DNA of 64,000 nt, from assembly GCA_016223245.1 (NCBI GenBank), contig JACRPL010000016.1, positions 1,128 to 65,127 of the forward strand, written 5' to 3'. The notes under the pieces were generated by a model. It did not search any database. It was not told the origin of the DNA and saw nothing but the letters and a program-made list of their open reading frames with translations. The first letter of the stretch is position 1; each line of letters opens with the position of its first letter. The translations under genes were made by a program, and so were the position numbers. Positions 8,183-18,775 of the stretch are shown in pieces. The DNA comes from Candidatus Saganbacteria bacterium. GTDB taxonomy: Bacteria > Margulisbacteria > WOR-1 > XYC2-FULL-46-14 > XYC2-FULL-37-10.

Positions 8183-9874
8183 ATGAAAAGAGTATTGTAT
8201 ATTTTATTGGTCATATTATTGGCAATTAGCTCAAGCGCTTTTGCAGCTACCCCGCATATTATAACTGTCCAAGGCAGATTGTTGCGATCTGGCGGCATCC
8301 CCGTCAACGGAATTAAAACCGCGACCTTTATGATAATCGAGGAGCCAAATTTGTTATTATGGTTGAGCGATCCAATGCAAGTAACCCTAATAGCGGGTGT
8401 TTTTTCAGTTGATCTCGACTTGGATAAGGTTGATGACGAAAGCTTGAGCTCCCCGAATCTATTAACTTTTGATAAGCCTTGTAAAATAATTACTAATATT
8501 GATGGAACGGTTTTTGAACAAAAGATCGCTGCGGTTCCTTACGCCTTAAACGCGGAGAAACTTAACGGTATGAATATCACGAAATTTGCAACACTGGATG
8601 CGAGCGGCAATATTATCGGCGCGAAGGCGGAAAAGTATGTAAAAAAGACTGGCGATGTAATGAGCGGCGGGCTTATTATATCAAGCGGCGGGGCAGATTT
8701 TGGGCTAGTGGCGAGCGGTGAAATCGGGGGTGTTAAAGGAACATATCTGGACAATAGCGATGCTATTGGGATGCTTGGTTACGGCAAAAAGCTGGGATTT
8801 GCAATTGTTGAGGGGAAAAAAATCAGCAAGGGAACCGAATTTTATGGCGCATACGGTAAATTCACCGATCTCGCGCAAGGAGGTCTTGGCGTCCAATTCC
8901 CCGGGAAAAAATCGTTCGGAGCCTGGGGTGTCGGCGGCGTTGCTGGGGGTTATTTTGAAAGCCAAAGCGGATATGGCTTGATTGCGATCGCAAGCAATGG
9001 GTCCGAAGGCGGGGCTTTGGGCGGCTATAATGTATTTGATACATCTGATACTAAGTTTGGAGTTGCAGGAATAAGCGATTCTGGCAATGGAGTTTATGGC
9101 GATGGCGACGCGGCCTATGGCGGGGAAATAAACGGGATATTTAAGAAAGCCGGTGTTTTTGGAAAAGGCGGGGCTAAGACGAGCGGTGTTCTGGGGTATT
9201 CTGAAGTCGACAACCCAAATCGCGCAGGAGTTGTCGGTATCAATCCTAACGGATACGCGGGGATATTCTCCGGCATTAAAGGCATGAATGTATCAGGGTC
9301 TCTTGAGGTAAAAGGTGATATCCGAGGAATTGATTGGATAAGCTTTGCACCATTTGATAAAAATTGGCCTGCACCTTTCCCGACCGACCTGGCCGACACC
9401 GTGATAGGTTATTCGAGCGGCGGCATGTTTGAAGAAGCTGTTCAGGTTGTTTCTCCAACAGAATCAATGGACCCGTATATTGTCTTTGCAAGCTCCTATC
9501 TTAACACTCCTAAGAGAGGAAAGATATTGATCAAGGCAACAGGGACTGTTCAGACTTCGGATGACGGCAACTCTCCATTTTGGGTTTCGGTCAAGCTTTT
9601 ACAGACAACTTACCAAGGAACGACGAAGAAAGAATTGCCAGGCGATCTTATTACAGTGGCAGGCACAAAAGCCAGCAAGATATTCAAGTATCCGTTCACT
9701 GTACAGGGGATGTTTGATGTTTCATCTGGTTTCCCAACCTTGTTTAACCCTAATAACTACGCCGCGCTTATTAGCAATCAATTTACTTTATCTTGCGCCA
9801 TGAAAACTTACGGCGGAAAGCCTTTAAATATTACGGGAAACATTCAGGCAATTTATATGCCGAATATTAATTAA
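8183..9874 (+). CDS. Glycine-rich fibre-like surface protein (paralog family); likely start MKRVLYILLVILLAISSSAFA
   Basis: It has a signal peptide, TPHIITVQGRL, PYALNAEKLNG...KKTGDVMSGGLII and glycine repeats. The track ORF start at 8138 crosses the poly-C tract and lacks a signal peptide. Confidence 0.55.
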   Translation: MKRVLYILLVILLAISSSAFAATPHIITVQGRLLRSGGIPVNGIKTATFMIIEEPNLLLWLSDPMQVTLIAGVFSVDLDLDKVDDESLSSPNLLTFDKPCKIITNIDGTVFEQKIAAVPYALNAEKLNGMNITKFATLDASGNIIGAKAEKYVKKTGDVMSGGLIISSGGADFGLVASGEIGGVKGTYLDNSDAIGMLGYGKKLGFAIVEGKKISKGTEFYGAYGKFTDLAQGGLGVQFPGKKSFGAWGVGGVAGGYFESQSGYGLIAIASNGSEGGALGGYNVFDTSDTKFGVAGISDSGNGVYGDGDAAYGGEINGIFKKAGVFGKGGAKTSGVLGYSEVDNPNRAGVVGINPNGYAGIFSGIKGMNVSGSLEVKGDIRGIDWISFAPFDKNWPAPFPTDLADTVIGYSSGGMFEEAVQVVSPTESMDPYIVFASSYLNTPKRGKILIKATGTVQTSDDGNSPFWVSVKLLQTTYQGTTKKELPGDLITVAGTKASKIFKYPFTVQGMFDVSSGFPTLFNPNNYAALISNQFTLSCAMKTYGGKPLNITGNIQAIYMPNIN

Positions 9875-9877
9875 ATC

Positions 9878-11452
9878 ATGAAAAAATTATATAAATTAAT
9901 AATTACATTGTTGGTCATTGGCCATTGGTCATTGGTCATTATCGCACCGGCGGCCGCTATTCCCAACAAAATAATTAACATCCAGGGAAAACTGACGGAC
10001 GATCACAATAAGATCGTCAAAAGTGTAAAACAGATCCGTGTCAGCATGGTTGATTCGAACAATCAAAGCATTTGGATTTCGCCTGTTATCACCATAACGG
10101 TAAATAATGCCGGAATATTCAATGCTGAATTTGACCTATCTTCCGCAACAGGCGTTGATTTTAATTCGCCTTACAGCCTTATTATTAATGTTATCGATGA
10201 TGCCGACAAAGTTACGACTCTCAATCCGCAGTCTTTGACCTCTGTTCCTTATGCTTTAAATAGTGACAAATTTAACGGCCTTTCATCTTCGAGTTTTGTC
10301 GTGCTCGATGATTTTGGGGAAATTGCTGGTGAACTTGCGGGCAATGTTAAAAAATCCGGGGATTCAATGTCCGGGAGCCTCAAGATAACAGGCGGTGAAA
10401 GCGATGATTATGGCGTCGAGGCAAGCGGGTAGTCGGGCGCAGTGAAAGGGACATGGATAGGGGATAATAATTTCTTCGGGGTATTAGGCGGCTATAGTTA
10501 CAAATATGGGGACGATGTGTCTTTGCCCGGGGTGTATGGGCAGCATTCAAGTTATACTGGCGCTGCCAGAGGAGGCCTTGGCGTTATAAGAAATATTCTA
10601 TGGTCTTTTGGTGTTTGGGGAAAAGGGCTGACCGCGGGCGGATATTTTTCTAGCGCGAACGGGACAGGTGTCCTTGGAAAATCTACGGGAACCGGCGGAA
10701 TATTTGGCGCTTATAATTCAAATTCGACAACTGACAAGTATTATGGAGTCGCAGGTGTTAGCGTTGCAGGCAACGGGGTGTATGGCGAGATAACTAGCGA
10801 TACGTTTAGCAGCGAGTGGAAAGCAGGGGTTTACGGCAAAGGAGGCGCAAAAACCTCTGGAGTTATGGGATACACAACAACAGATAAAGACAATGCGGCG
10901 GCAATTGTCGGGATCAATCCAAAAGGATACGGAGGGGATTTTACAGGAAAAAACGGCGTAAAAATAAATGGGCCGCTTGAAGTTTCGGGCGGGATACAAG
11001 GCAAGGGGCTTCACTGGGCGGAAAAAGGAATTACCGCATCTAATTTTTTTACCAAGACAAGCATTGGCGGTTATTATTACCATAAAATGATCAAGCATAT
11101 ATATGTGACATTCCCATATTCAGGCTATGCCCTTGTTCAAGCAAGCGGCATATTCTCAAACAATGACGAAAGTTTTTCCCAAATGTCCGCGCAAATAACC
11201 GACAACGAGTATTTGGATCCTGACGGAAAAAACTTTATTATTGATGGATCGGTCGCTGTTGTGGGATTAACAAATCCAACTGGGCAAGGATTCTATCCAT
11301 CGTTTCCATTTGCGTCATCAAGGGTTTTTGGAGTGGAAGGAGGCAAGTCGTATCATTTTCATTTGATCGGATTTCTAAAAACAACGAAAAGCGACGTTAA
11401 ATTTAATTTTGATGGCGCCCTTAATTGCATGTTCTTCTCGAGGAAATACTGA
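9878..11452 (+). pseudogene. Fibre-like surface protein paralog interrupted by an in-frame TAG at 10430..10432
   Basis: The ORFs 9878..10432 and 10442..11452 are in the same frame and the paralog alignment runs straight through the stop (GVEASG*SGAVKGTWIG versus GIESSGKTAGVKG). Confidence 0.5.
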
Positions 11453-11453
11453 T

Positions 11454-13007
11454 ATGAAAAGATTATCTATGAATATAATTATTACATTGTTGGTCATTTA
11501 TCATTGGTCATTTGTCATTTGTGCGCCTGCGCGCGCGGATGTCCCCAAAATAATGAATATCCAAGGCAAATTGACCGATCCGAATTCCAAGGCTGTTTCC
11601 GGGGCCAAAAAATTAAGATGTTCTCTGGTTGACAATAAAGGCGCGGCTGTTTTCAATTCTAAGGTTTATGATATCCCGCTAAATAGCGACGGAGTGTTCA
11701 ATGTGGATATTGACATATCTTCCACTCTCGCAGATTTTAATTCGCCATATACTTTGAATATTATTATTATCAATGAAGACGGGTCGACTTCTATTCTTGA
11801 GCCTAAGGCTCTAACTTCCGCACCATATGTATTAAATGCCGGAATGCTCGGAGGGCTTAAGCCCGCCTCTTTTGCGGCAAAAGATGCGGATGGCAAAATA
11901 GTCGGGTCGGTCGCCGGTTATGTCAAAAAAAGCGGGGATGAAATGAGCGGGGGCTTAAAAGTGAACGCCGGTAAATCTAATTTCGGGATCGAATCAAGCG
12001 GAAAAACGGCAGGGGTCAAAGGTTTATCGGCTTCAAGCGGCGATAGGTGGGGAGCGCTTGGCGGAGAGAATTATGGCGTTTACGGTCAGTCAACGGCTAA
12101 TGCGATAGGCATAATAGGCGTTTATGGCGTTTATGGCGTTTATGGCTCTGGAAAAACGTTTGGAGGGTATTTTCAAAGTTCAACAGGTATTGGCGCTATC
12201 GGGAAAACAACCGGCGCTAATGGCGGAGTGTTTGGCGGATACAACACCGCAGAGGCTAATGATAAATGGTTTGGGGTTGCAGGGGCAAGCGATTCGGGAA
12301 ACGGGATATATGGCGAAGTAGCCAGTAATACTTTGGACAGCGATTGGAAGGCCGGAGTTTACGGCAAGGGGAGCAATACGACGAGCGGAGTTTTTGGATA
12401 TACTGATTCAACGAGTGGCGCAGGCGTTAAGGGCGTAGATAATAGCGGATATGGGGCGATATTTTCGGGGGAAAAGGGCGTAAAAGTCGACGGACCTGTA
12501 AATATTTCAGGGACAATTACCGCAAACAATTTGCCGGGAATTGCTTACGATAACTATTTTAATTTTTCTAATACCAATCTAAAGTCGAGCACGGCAGTAA
12601 TCATTAAATCTGTTGAAATAGATGTGCCTGCTCCCGGGTATATATTGGTCCAATCAAGCGGAACCTTGTATTCATACGCCACTACCGATGTTTTAATTGG
12701 CTTAGGAATACTTAATATTGATAATTTCTCTTCTCAAGTCTTTTATGATGTATACTTTGGGACAAATCCATTGGTTTCGTATGTTTTTCTAGCGGATAAT
12801 TCGAAATTTAATTTTTCATGCCAGTTTGAAGCAAAAAAATCGATGGGCCCCAATATATATTTCCCATTTTCTACAAGCAATGTATTTGAAACGAAAACTG
12901 CCGGCAAACAAAAGTTTTATTTGACGGGATATCTTAAACATTCTGCTTCTTCCGGCCGATTAGATGTTTCAGGCTCGATACAAGCTATCTATTTCCCAAG
13001 CAAGTAG
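11454..13007 (+). CDS. Glycine-rich fibre-like surface protein (paralog family, subfamily A)
   Basis: It begins MKRLSMNIIITLLVIYHWSFVICAPARA, then PKIMNIQGKL, PYVLNAGMLGG...KKSGDEMSGGLKV and repeats such as GVYGVYGVYG. Confidence 0.6.
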   Translation: MKRLSMNIIITLLVIYHWSFVICAPARADVPKIMNIQGKLTDPNSKAVSGAKKLRCSLVDNKGAAVFNSKVYDIPLNSDGVFNVDIDISSTLADFNSPYTLNIIIINEDGSTSILEPKALTSAPYVLNAGMLGGLKPASFAAKDADGKIVGSVAGYVKKSGDEMSGGLKVNAGKSNFGIESSGKTAGVKGLSASSGDRWGALGGENYGVYGQSTANAIGIIGVYGVYGVYGSGKTFGGYFQSSTGIGAIGKTTGANGGVFGGYNTAEANDKWFGVAGASDSGNGIYGEVASNTLDSDWKAGVYGKGSNTTSGVFGYTDSTSGAGVKGVDNSGYGAIFSGEKGVKVDGPVNISGTITANNLPGIAYDNYFNFSNTNLKSSTAVIIKSVEIDVPAPGYILVQSSGTLYSYATTDVLIGLGILNIDNFSSQVFYDVYFGTNPLVSYVFLADNSKFNFSCQFEAKKSMGPNIYFPFSTSNVFETKTAGKQKFYLTGYLKHSASSGRLDVSGSIQAIYFPSK

Positions 13008-13024
13008 TTTAATGTTCTACGATT

Positions 13025-13288
13025 TTACCGATAAATATCTTTCCGATGCCCAATTCGAAGTATTATTATAGTTTTGCTTTTTTGCTCAACGTCGTACAGC
13101 ACCCTATAATCCCCGATACGGATACGGAATTGTGCTACATCGTCAGCAATAAGGCGTTTCACTCCATCAGGAAAAGGGATTGATTCCAGTTTCATAATTG
13201 CCGCATCAATACGTTTAACCTCAAAATGATCAATTTTTTTAAGATCTTTCTTGGTGCGAGGAGTGATAAGTATCTGATAAGCAGACAT
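13025..13288 (-). CDS. RelE/ParE-family type II toxin
   Basis: It is 87 aa with a RelE/ParE-like sequence (…RIRIGDYRVLYDVEQKSKTIIILRIGHRKDIY). Confidence 0.65.
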   Translation of the reverse strand: MSAYQILITPRTKKDLKKIDHFEVKRIDAAIMKLESIPFPDGVKRLIADDVAQFRIRIGDYRVLYDVEQKSKTIIILRIGHRKDIYR

Positions 13289-13504
13289 TTAGTTCCGTCC
13301 GACTAAAAGACGATATTTACGATAGGGAACGGCTTTTCCTCTATTGTGATCTTTTCTGCCTTGACGAATAGATTTTTTTAGCTGTTTGGAAGTTGTCTCA
13401 AGGATTATATCCTCCACCAGCGACCAGTCCTTCAATATCTCTTCTTGGAGTCTTTCTATTCTGCCCAATTTCTTTAAAATAAGATTTTTTGACGCTTCCG
13501 TCAT
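13289..13504 (-). CDS. Putative antitoxin partner of RelE (about 71 aa, start MTEASKNLILKKLGRIE)
   Basis: It sits immediately upstream of the toxin with the stop/start adjacent. The longer track ORF 13289..13738 is extended by antisense ilvD-fragment sequence. Confidence 0.4.
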   Translation of the reverse strand: MTEASKNLILKKLGRIERLQEEILKDWSLVEDIILETTSKQLKKSIRQGRKDHNRGKAVPYRKYRLLVGRN

Positions 13505-13620
13505 TTTTTCACCCAAAATAATTTTAGCATATATTTCTGATCGAGTCAAAAAGGGATTGGAATTGAGTCCATCCGTCCCTATCTTTTTTATGTTATAATT
13601 TATAGACTTAGGAGCTGATT

Positions 13621-13890
13621 TTATGCGAAGCGATAATATTAAAAAAATGGGGCCGCCCCGCGCCTTAGTCCACCGGCCTTCCTGCCATTTGTGATTGGAT
13701 CGCCATGGGACACAAGGGGATGCATTATTCTCTGCCATCGAGAGAACTCATAGCAGACACAGTTGAAACAGTAGCCGAAGCCCATCAATTAGATGGTCTT
13801 ATTTTGCTAACTGCTTGCGACAAGATAACACCCGGGATGCTTATGGCGGCGGCACGGTTGAATATCCCTTCTATGTTAATCATTGTTGTA
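13621..13890 (+). pseudogene. Degenerate duplicated 5' fragment of ilvD ([11 protein letters not shown]... fused to ...[66 protein letters not shown])
   Basis: It is about 90% identical at the DNA level to 15129..15183 and 15337..15540, and the atgttataatt promoter motif upstream is also duplicated. Confidence 0.8.
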
Positions 13891-14233
13891 GCCAGGCTTG
13901 ATAAAGTTATGGGAGAGTTGGAGAAATTCCGCGAAGATAGGGTTCTCGCAAAGAAAAAAGACGACGACCAGGACGAGAAATTGGCGGCGCATGAAAAGAG
14001 ATTGCTTCGCGTTGAGTCAAAGGTTGGAGTTTAGAACCGGATACCCAGGGAATTTGGATAATAGGAACAATAATTTTTTCCAAATAACCTAATCTCCCAA
14101 TTCCCAGTCGCAAATTTCCCAATTACCAAATTTCCTCGACAACGCGATTGCCCAAAAACCGCATCATTATGGTATAATTCACAAAAGAAGAGAAAAAAGG
14201 TATGACGCTATTAGTTGAGGCCAGGGCTTCAGC

Positions 14234-14587
14234 GTGATTTGTTCAGCCGCGCTCGGGGTAAAGGAAAAAAAGATGGACGAAGAAATAAAAAATATAACAA
14301 AGCGGATCGCCGAAAAATTTAATCCCAGAAAACTCATTCTCTTTGGCTCGTCTGCTTTAGGTGCGAGAAAAGAAAATAGCGATGTGGATTTATGCGTAGT
14401 TAAAGACTATATCCAAGATCGGACAATGGATTCAGTCGCGATCAGGAAAATTATTGGGAAAAATTTGATACCTTTTGATATTGTAGTTTTAGGCAGAGAT
14501 GAATATGACAGCCGGAAAAATATTTGGGGAACTTTGCAGTATGAGATAGATAAAAAGGGAATAGTTCTTTATGAGCGCAGAGATTGA
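14234..14587 (+). CDS. Nucleotidyltransferase-domain protein (MNT-type antitoxin/toxin component)
   Basis: It has the LILFGSSALGARKENSDVDLCVV motif (GS...D.D). Confidence 0.6.
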   Translation: MICSAALGVKEKKMDEEIKNITKRIAEKFNPRKLILFGSSALGARKENSDVDLCVVKDYIQDRTMDSVAIRKIIGKNLIPFDIVVLGRDEYDSRKNIWGTLQYEIDKKGIVLYERRD

Positions 14588-14957
14588 AAAAGAGAAAGCC
14601 GTAATAATAGGCGAATGGGAGCGGAGAGCGCTTGATGACCTTGTATCGGCGGAAATCATATTGAAGGAGAGCGATAAATATGAGATTTCCGTCTATCATT
14701 CGCATCAGGCAGTTGAAAAATTTTTGAAAGCAAACCTGTTAAAACTGGGGCAAACATTTAAATTCACCCACGATATTGATGTTTTGTTCGAACAAGTTTT
14801 TGGCGATGATAAAGATAAGGCGGCAGCCGAAAAAATCGCCCATCTTAACGCTTTATATCCGTCTTTAAGATATCCCTTTGGGGAAAAGATAACCAAGGAC
14901 CAGGCGATTAATTGCCTGGCGATAGCAAAAGAAGCGATTAGCCGGTTGCGAAAATAG
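14571..14957 (+). CDS. HEPN-domain protein (partner of the MNT at 14234)
   Basis: It overlaps the MNT gene and carries HSHQAVEKFLKANL, matching the HEPN R/H..EK.LKA signature. Confidence 0.55.
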   Translation: MSAEIEKEKAVIIGEWERRALDDLVSAEIILKESDKYEISVYHSHQAVEKFLKANLLKLGQTFKFTHDIDVLFEQVFGDDKDKAAAEKIAHLNALYPSLRYPFGEKITKDQAINCLAIAKEAISRLRK

Positions 14958-15128
14958 TCGTGGCGGTGGAAGGCTATGGGAAATAAGGGGGTTAGACATA
15001 GAAGATAGAAGCTTGTTTCAAGAATCCACAGTCCAGCATCCAATTTCATAATTAGCTTCCGAAACTATGGCCAAGATAACCTCAAACGATTATTTCATGT
15101 TATAATTGCTTCCTCAGGGGGTATCATC

Positions 15129-16772
15129 ATGCGAAGCGATAATATTAAAAAAATGGGGCCGACCCGCGCCTTAGTCCACGCGACAGGCGTTTCTGATAAA
15201 GAACTTTCAAAACCATTTATCGGCCTTGCTTCCTCATTTACCGACTTGGTGCCGGGGCATGTTGATATGCGATCGCTTGAAAGAGTTATAGAAAAAGGGA
15301 TACATGCCGGCGGCGGAGTTTCATTCACATTCGGCCTTCCTGCCATTTGTGATGGGATCGCCATGGGACACAAGGGGATGCATTATTCTCTGCCATCGAG
15401 AGAACTCATAGCAGACACTGTTGAAACAGTCGCAGAAGCCCACCAATTGGATGGTTTAATATTGCTCACCGCTTGCGACAAGATAACACCCGGAATGCTA
15501 ATGGCGGCCGCGCGATTAAATATCCCTTCTATTATAGTTACAGCAGGCCCAATGCTCGCAGGTTGTTATAAAGGCGAGAGGCTTGATCTTGTCCACGACG
15601 CTTTCGAGGCAGAAGCGGCTTACAAGCAGAAAAAAATATCAAAAAAAGATTTCGATAGTTTAATTTTAAGCGCGTGTCCCGGAGCCGGTTCGTGTTCCGG
15701 TTTATTTACCGCAAATACTATGGCCTGTGCGACGGAAGCGATGGGAATGTCCTTGCCATTCTGCGGGACATCCCTTGCCGTATCTTCCAAGAAAAAAATG
15801 ATCGCCTATGAAAGCGGCAAAAGGATAGTTGAGTTGGTATCCGAAAATCTTACTCCAAGAAAGATCATGAACATGAACTCATTCATGAATGCGATACGCA
15901 TCGATATGGCGCTTGGCGGATCGACGAATGCTGTATTGCATCTGACAGCGATCGCGCAGGAAGCGGGGATCGATCTGACGCTTGATATATTTGACAAGAT
16001 AAGCCGTGAAACCCCGCATATTACAAATATCCGCCCCGGCGGAAACCATTTTATGGAGGATTTTGAGAATGCCGGCGGCATTCCCGCCGCTTTTTCCGTC
16101 CTTCAAAAACTCTTGAAAGATAATCCAACAGTTTCAGGGATGTCGGTCAAACAGATCGCAAAATCTGGAGTTGTTTATGATCGCGAAGTCATAAAAACAT
16201 TGGACAATCCGTATCATAAGCAAGGAAGCCTCGCCGTTCTTAAAGGAAACATCGCTCCTGAAGGGGCAGTTGTAAAACAAACCGCGGTTTCACAGAAAAT
16301 GATGAAATTTTCGGGAGAAGCGATTGTTTTTGATTCCGAAGATGCGGCGCAAAAAGCGATCGTTTCCGGTAAAGTCAAAAAAGGGCATGTTGTTGTCATA
16401 AGATATGAAGGGCCAAAAGGCGGACCCGGGATGCGGGAGATGCTTTATCCAACATCGGCTATCGCCGGTATGGGGCTTTCTGATTCAGTCGCATTAATTA
16501 CTGATGGGCGATTTTCCGGTGGAACAAGAGGTCCATGCATTGGCCACGTCGCGCCGGAAGCCGCTTTAGGCGGACCGATCGCGGCTGTAAAAAATGGGGA
16601 CGTTATTGATATAGATATTCCGAACAGGAGAATAGAGTTGCGGGTAACGAGCAGCGAGTTGAAAAAACGATTGGCGGCTGTAAAACCGCATGAGCCGAAG
16701 ATCAAAGCCGGGTGGCTTGCGAGATATCAGAAGCTTGTAACTTCGGCAAGTGTGGGCGCTATACTTAAGTAG
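15129..16772 (+). CDS. ilvD: Dihydroxy-acid dehydratase
   Basis: It contains [19 protein letters not shown] and [11 protein letters not shown], and is the length of a full IlvD/Edd enzyme. Confidence 0.9.
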   Translation: MRSDNIKKMGPTRALVHATGVSDKELSKPFIGLASSFTDLVPGHVDMRSLERVIEKGIHAGGGVSFTFGLPAICDGIAMGHKGMHYSLPSRELIADTVETVAEAHQLDGLILLTACDKITPGMLMAAARLNIPSIIVTAGPMLAGCYKGERLDLVHDAFEAEAAYKQKKISKKDFDSLILSACPGAGSCSGLFTANTMACATEAMGMSLPFCGTSLAVSSKKKMIAYESGKRIVELVSENLTPRKIMNMNSFMNAIRIDMALGGSTNAVLHLTAIAQEAGIDLTLDIFDKISRETPHITNIRPGGNHFMEDFENAGGIPAAFSVLQKLLKDNPTVSGMSVKQIAKSGVVYDREVIKTLDNPYHKQGSLAVLKGNIAPEGAVVKQTAVSQKMMKFSGEAIVFDSEDAAQKAIVSGKVKKGHVVVIRYEGPKGGPGMREMLYPTSAIAGMGLSDSVALITDGRFSGGTRGPCIGHVAPEAALGGPIAAVKNGDVIDIDIPNRRIELRVTSSELKKRLAAVKPHEPKIKAGWLARYQKLVTSASVGAILK

Positions 16773-16800
16773 GATAGCAGGAGGTCACTCTGAAGGGAAA

Positions 16801-17127
16801 ATGAAAACAGATAAAATTGATGAAAGTTTAATTAAAGATGCCGCGGCTAAGATAGCGGCAAAGCTTAATCCTAAAAAAATTATTCTTTTTGGGTCGCATG
16901 CATGGGGGAAAGCTTCGGGAAGCAGCGATTTAGACCTTTTTATAATAGCACCTTCGGTTTTACGTCGAGATGAAAGGGGGGTTGAAGTTTCCAAACTTTT
17001 TCCAGATAGGTTGTTCCCACTCGACGCGCTTGTATATACCCCGGAAGAAGTTGAGCAAAGTTTAAGGCGAAAAAATCCGTTTGTGAAAGAAATTTTGGAA
17101 AAAGGGAAAATTCTCTATGGCGCCTGA
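16801..17127 (+). CDS. Nucleotidyltransferase-domain protein (MNT-type)
   Basis: It has the ILFGSHAWGKASGSSDLDLFIIAP motif. Confidence 0.6.
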   Translation: MKTDKIDESLIKDAAAKIAAKLNPKKIILFGSHAWGKASGSSDLDLFIIAPSVLRRDERGVEVSKLFPDRLFPLDALVYTPEEVEQSLRRKNPFVKEILEKGKILYGA

Positions 17128-17530
17128 TTCTTTAAATTTTGAGGATTGGTTTTTAAAAGCGGGAAATGAGATAAAAGCCGCTGATGGGATTTTCTTCTAT
17201 TATGAAGATCCGCCGACGGACATGATCTGTTATCATGCCCAACAGGCGGCGGAAAAAACGCTTAAAGCTTTTTTGATCTATAAGTCCGAACTGGCCCCCA
17301 AAACGCATGATTTGGTTGAACTTGTAAATTTGTGTATTAAGCAGGACAAGGATTTTTTAAGCCTGAAAGAGCTTATTGAAGTTTTAAATAAGTATTATAT
17401 TGAATCAAAATATCCACCGGACAATCCTATTATTTATTCTAAAGACGAAGCAAAGAGCGCTATAGCGCTAGCAAAAAACATTTTGAAATTTTCAAAAAGC
17501 AAGGTCTCAAAAGGGGCGGTGTTAAGATGA
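17117..17530 (+). CDS. HEPN-domain protein
   Basis: It has YHAQQAAEKTLKAFL and overlaps the upstream MNT gene. Confidence 0.55.
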   Translation: MAPDSLNFEDWFLKAGNEIKAADGIFFYYEDPPTDMICYHAQQAAEKTLKAFLIYKSELAPKTHDLVELVNLCIKQDKDFLSLKELIEVLNKYYIESKYPPDNPIIYSKDEAKSAIALAKNILKFSKSKVSKGAVLR

Positions 17531-17769
17531 GCCTCCCAAAATATTTCAAAGGAATATTGTGGTTCGCAGATTTCAATAAACTCTCCCTAAAAGAGGACAG
17601 AAATATTATTTTGTTCCAAGCGCTTGAGAAGGGTAGAATGGAGCACCTCAAATATCTGAAAAACAAGCTTGGCGCAAAAGCGATCGTTGATTTTGCAAGA
17701 AAAAATTCGAATAAATTCAGCAGGAAAAGCGTATTAACTTTCGCGGAAACGGTTTTTGGTGGCAAATAG
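17527..17769 (+). CDS. Small hypothetical protein, probable partner (AbiEi-like antitoxin role) of the downstream AbiEii-type gene
   Basis: It overlaps the start of the 17756 gene and is 80 aa. Confidence 0.3.
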   Translation: MSLPKYFKGILWFADFNKLSLKEDRNIILFQALEKGRMEHLKYLKNKLGAKAIVDFARKNSNKFSRKSVLTFAETVFGGK

Positions 17770-18415
17770 GATGCAGCCGCTTCACTTTGAGGTCCTTGAT
17801 GAGAAAAGAATTAAAGCGTTCAAGGATATTTCCGCTATATTGGACGAAAAATATTATCTTGCCGGTGGCACAGCGCTGGCTCTTCAGCTCGGGCATAGAA
17901 AATCCTATGATTTTGATGTTTTCGGGAACAAAGATATAACTTTTGCCGTTAAAAAAAAGATTATAAAAGGGCTTAGCGGCTATAAGATCAAAACGCTTGT
18001 AGATTCCTCCGATGAATTAAGCCTTATCCTTAATGAAGAGATCAAACTTACAGTCCTGAATTATTATTGGGATCCGATAAAGTCGCTTGTAAAGCTTAAA
18101 GGCTATCTTCCTCTTCTTTCAATATTGGATATCGCGGCAACAAAAGCATACGCACTTGGAAGAAGAGGCAATTACAGAGACTATTTCGACCTTTATATTA
18201 TCATAAAAAATGAGTATGCGACTTTAAGAGCCATAATTTCTTGCTGTAAAAAAAAGTATGGAGAACTCTTCAGCGAAAAGATGCTTCTTGAGCAATTGAC
18301 CTATATTGGCGATCTGGACGAAAAAGAAAAACTCATGTTTTCTTCGGAGAAATTTGTTCCGTCGAGGAAAATAATAGAGTTCTTTAAAAATAAGATCAAG
18401 GGGAACTCGCATTAA
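17756..18415 (+). CDS. Nucleotidyltransferase AbiEii/AbiGii toxin family (DUF1814-like)
   Basis: Near its N-terminus it has YYLAGGTALALQLGHRKSYDFDVF, matching the GGTAL...R.S.D.D signature. Confidence 0.55.
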   Translation: MVANRMQPLHFEVLDEKRIKAFKDISAILDEKYYLAGGTALALQLGHRKSYDFDVFGNKDITFAVKKKIIKGLSGYKIKTLVDSSDELSLILNEEIKLTVLNYYWDPIKSLVKLKGYLPLLSILDIAATKAYALGRRGNYRDYFDLYIIIKNEYATLRAIISCCKKKYGELFSEKMLLEQLTYIGDLDEKEKLMFSSEKFVPSRKIIEFFKNKIKGNSH

Positions 18416-18579
18416 AGAAGCGTGCTATACTTAGGAAGGCGTAATGCGTAACGCGCGATGCGGGATGCGAGGGGGAATTATATGAAAGACGCAGCTGTTA
18501 ATTGGTTTGCAAAGGCAGATCTGACAAAATATGCGCAAGCAGGAGATATTGTTGATCGATTTGTAAAATAAATGTTAAA

Positions 18580-18774
18580 ATGAAAATAACAAAAAGATCG
18601 AAAGAATATTTTATAGATAATATTTCGCGGACAAACCAGGTTGTTTTTACAGTGCTCATAGTCGGCACATTTGTAACAGGGTTCAATATTATTGTTTTTA
18701 TTATCGGCAGTATTATTTTTCTTTTACTTTTGCTTGCAGGAACTTTTTTAACATCAAAAACGGAGGATCAATAA
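18580..18774 (+). CDS. Small membrane protein, paralog of 1084..1272
   Basis: It begins MKITKRSKEYFIDNISRTNQVVFTVLIVG followed by a second TM segment. Confidence 0.4.
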   Translation: MKITKRSKEYFIDNISRTNQVVFTVLIVGTFVTGFNIIVFIIGSIIFLLLLLAGTFLTSKTEDQ

Positions 18775-18775
18775 T

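Noticed and set aside
10430-10432. Stop-codon reassignment (TAG read as sense)
   Set aside because: It is a single occurrence, and no other in-frame TAG was seen in the conserved housekeeping genes of the window. A nonsense mutation or sequencing error is more parsimonious.
15095-15373. A 92-aa minus-strand ORF, and the N-terminal extension of 13289..13738
   Set aside because: Both are antisense translations of ilvD or ilvD-fragment sequence (the shared ...[13 protein letters not shown]... stretch), not independent genes.
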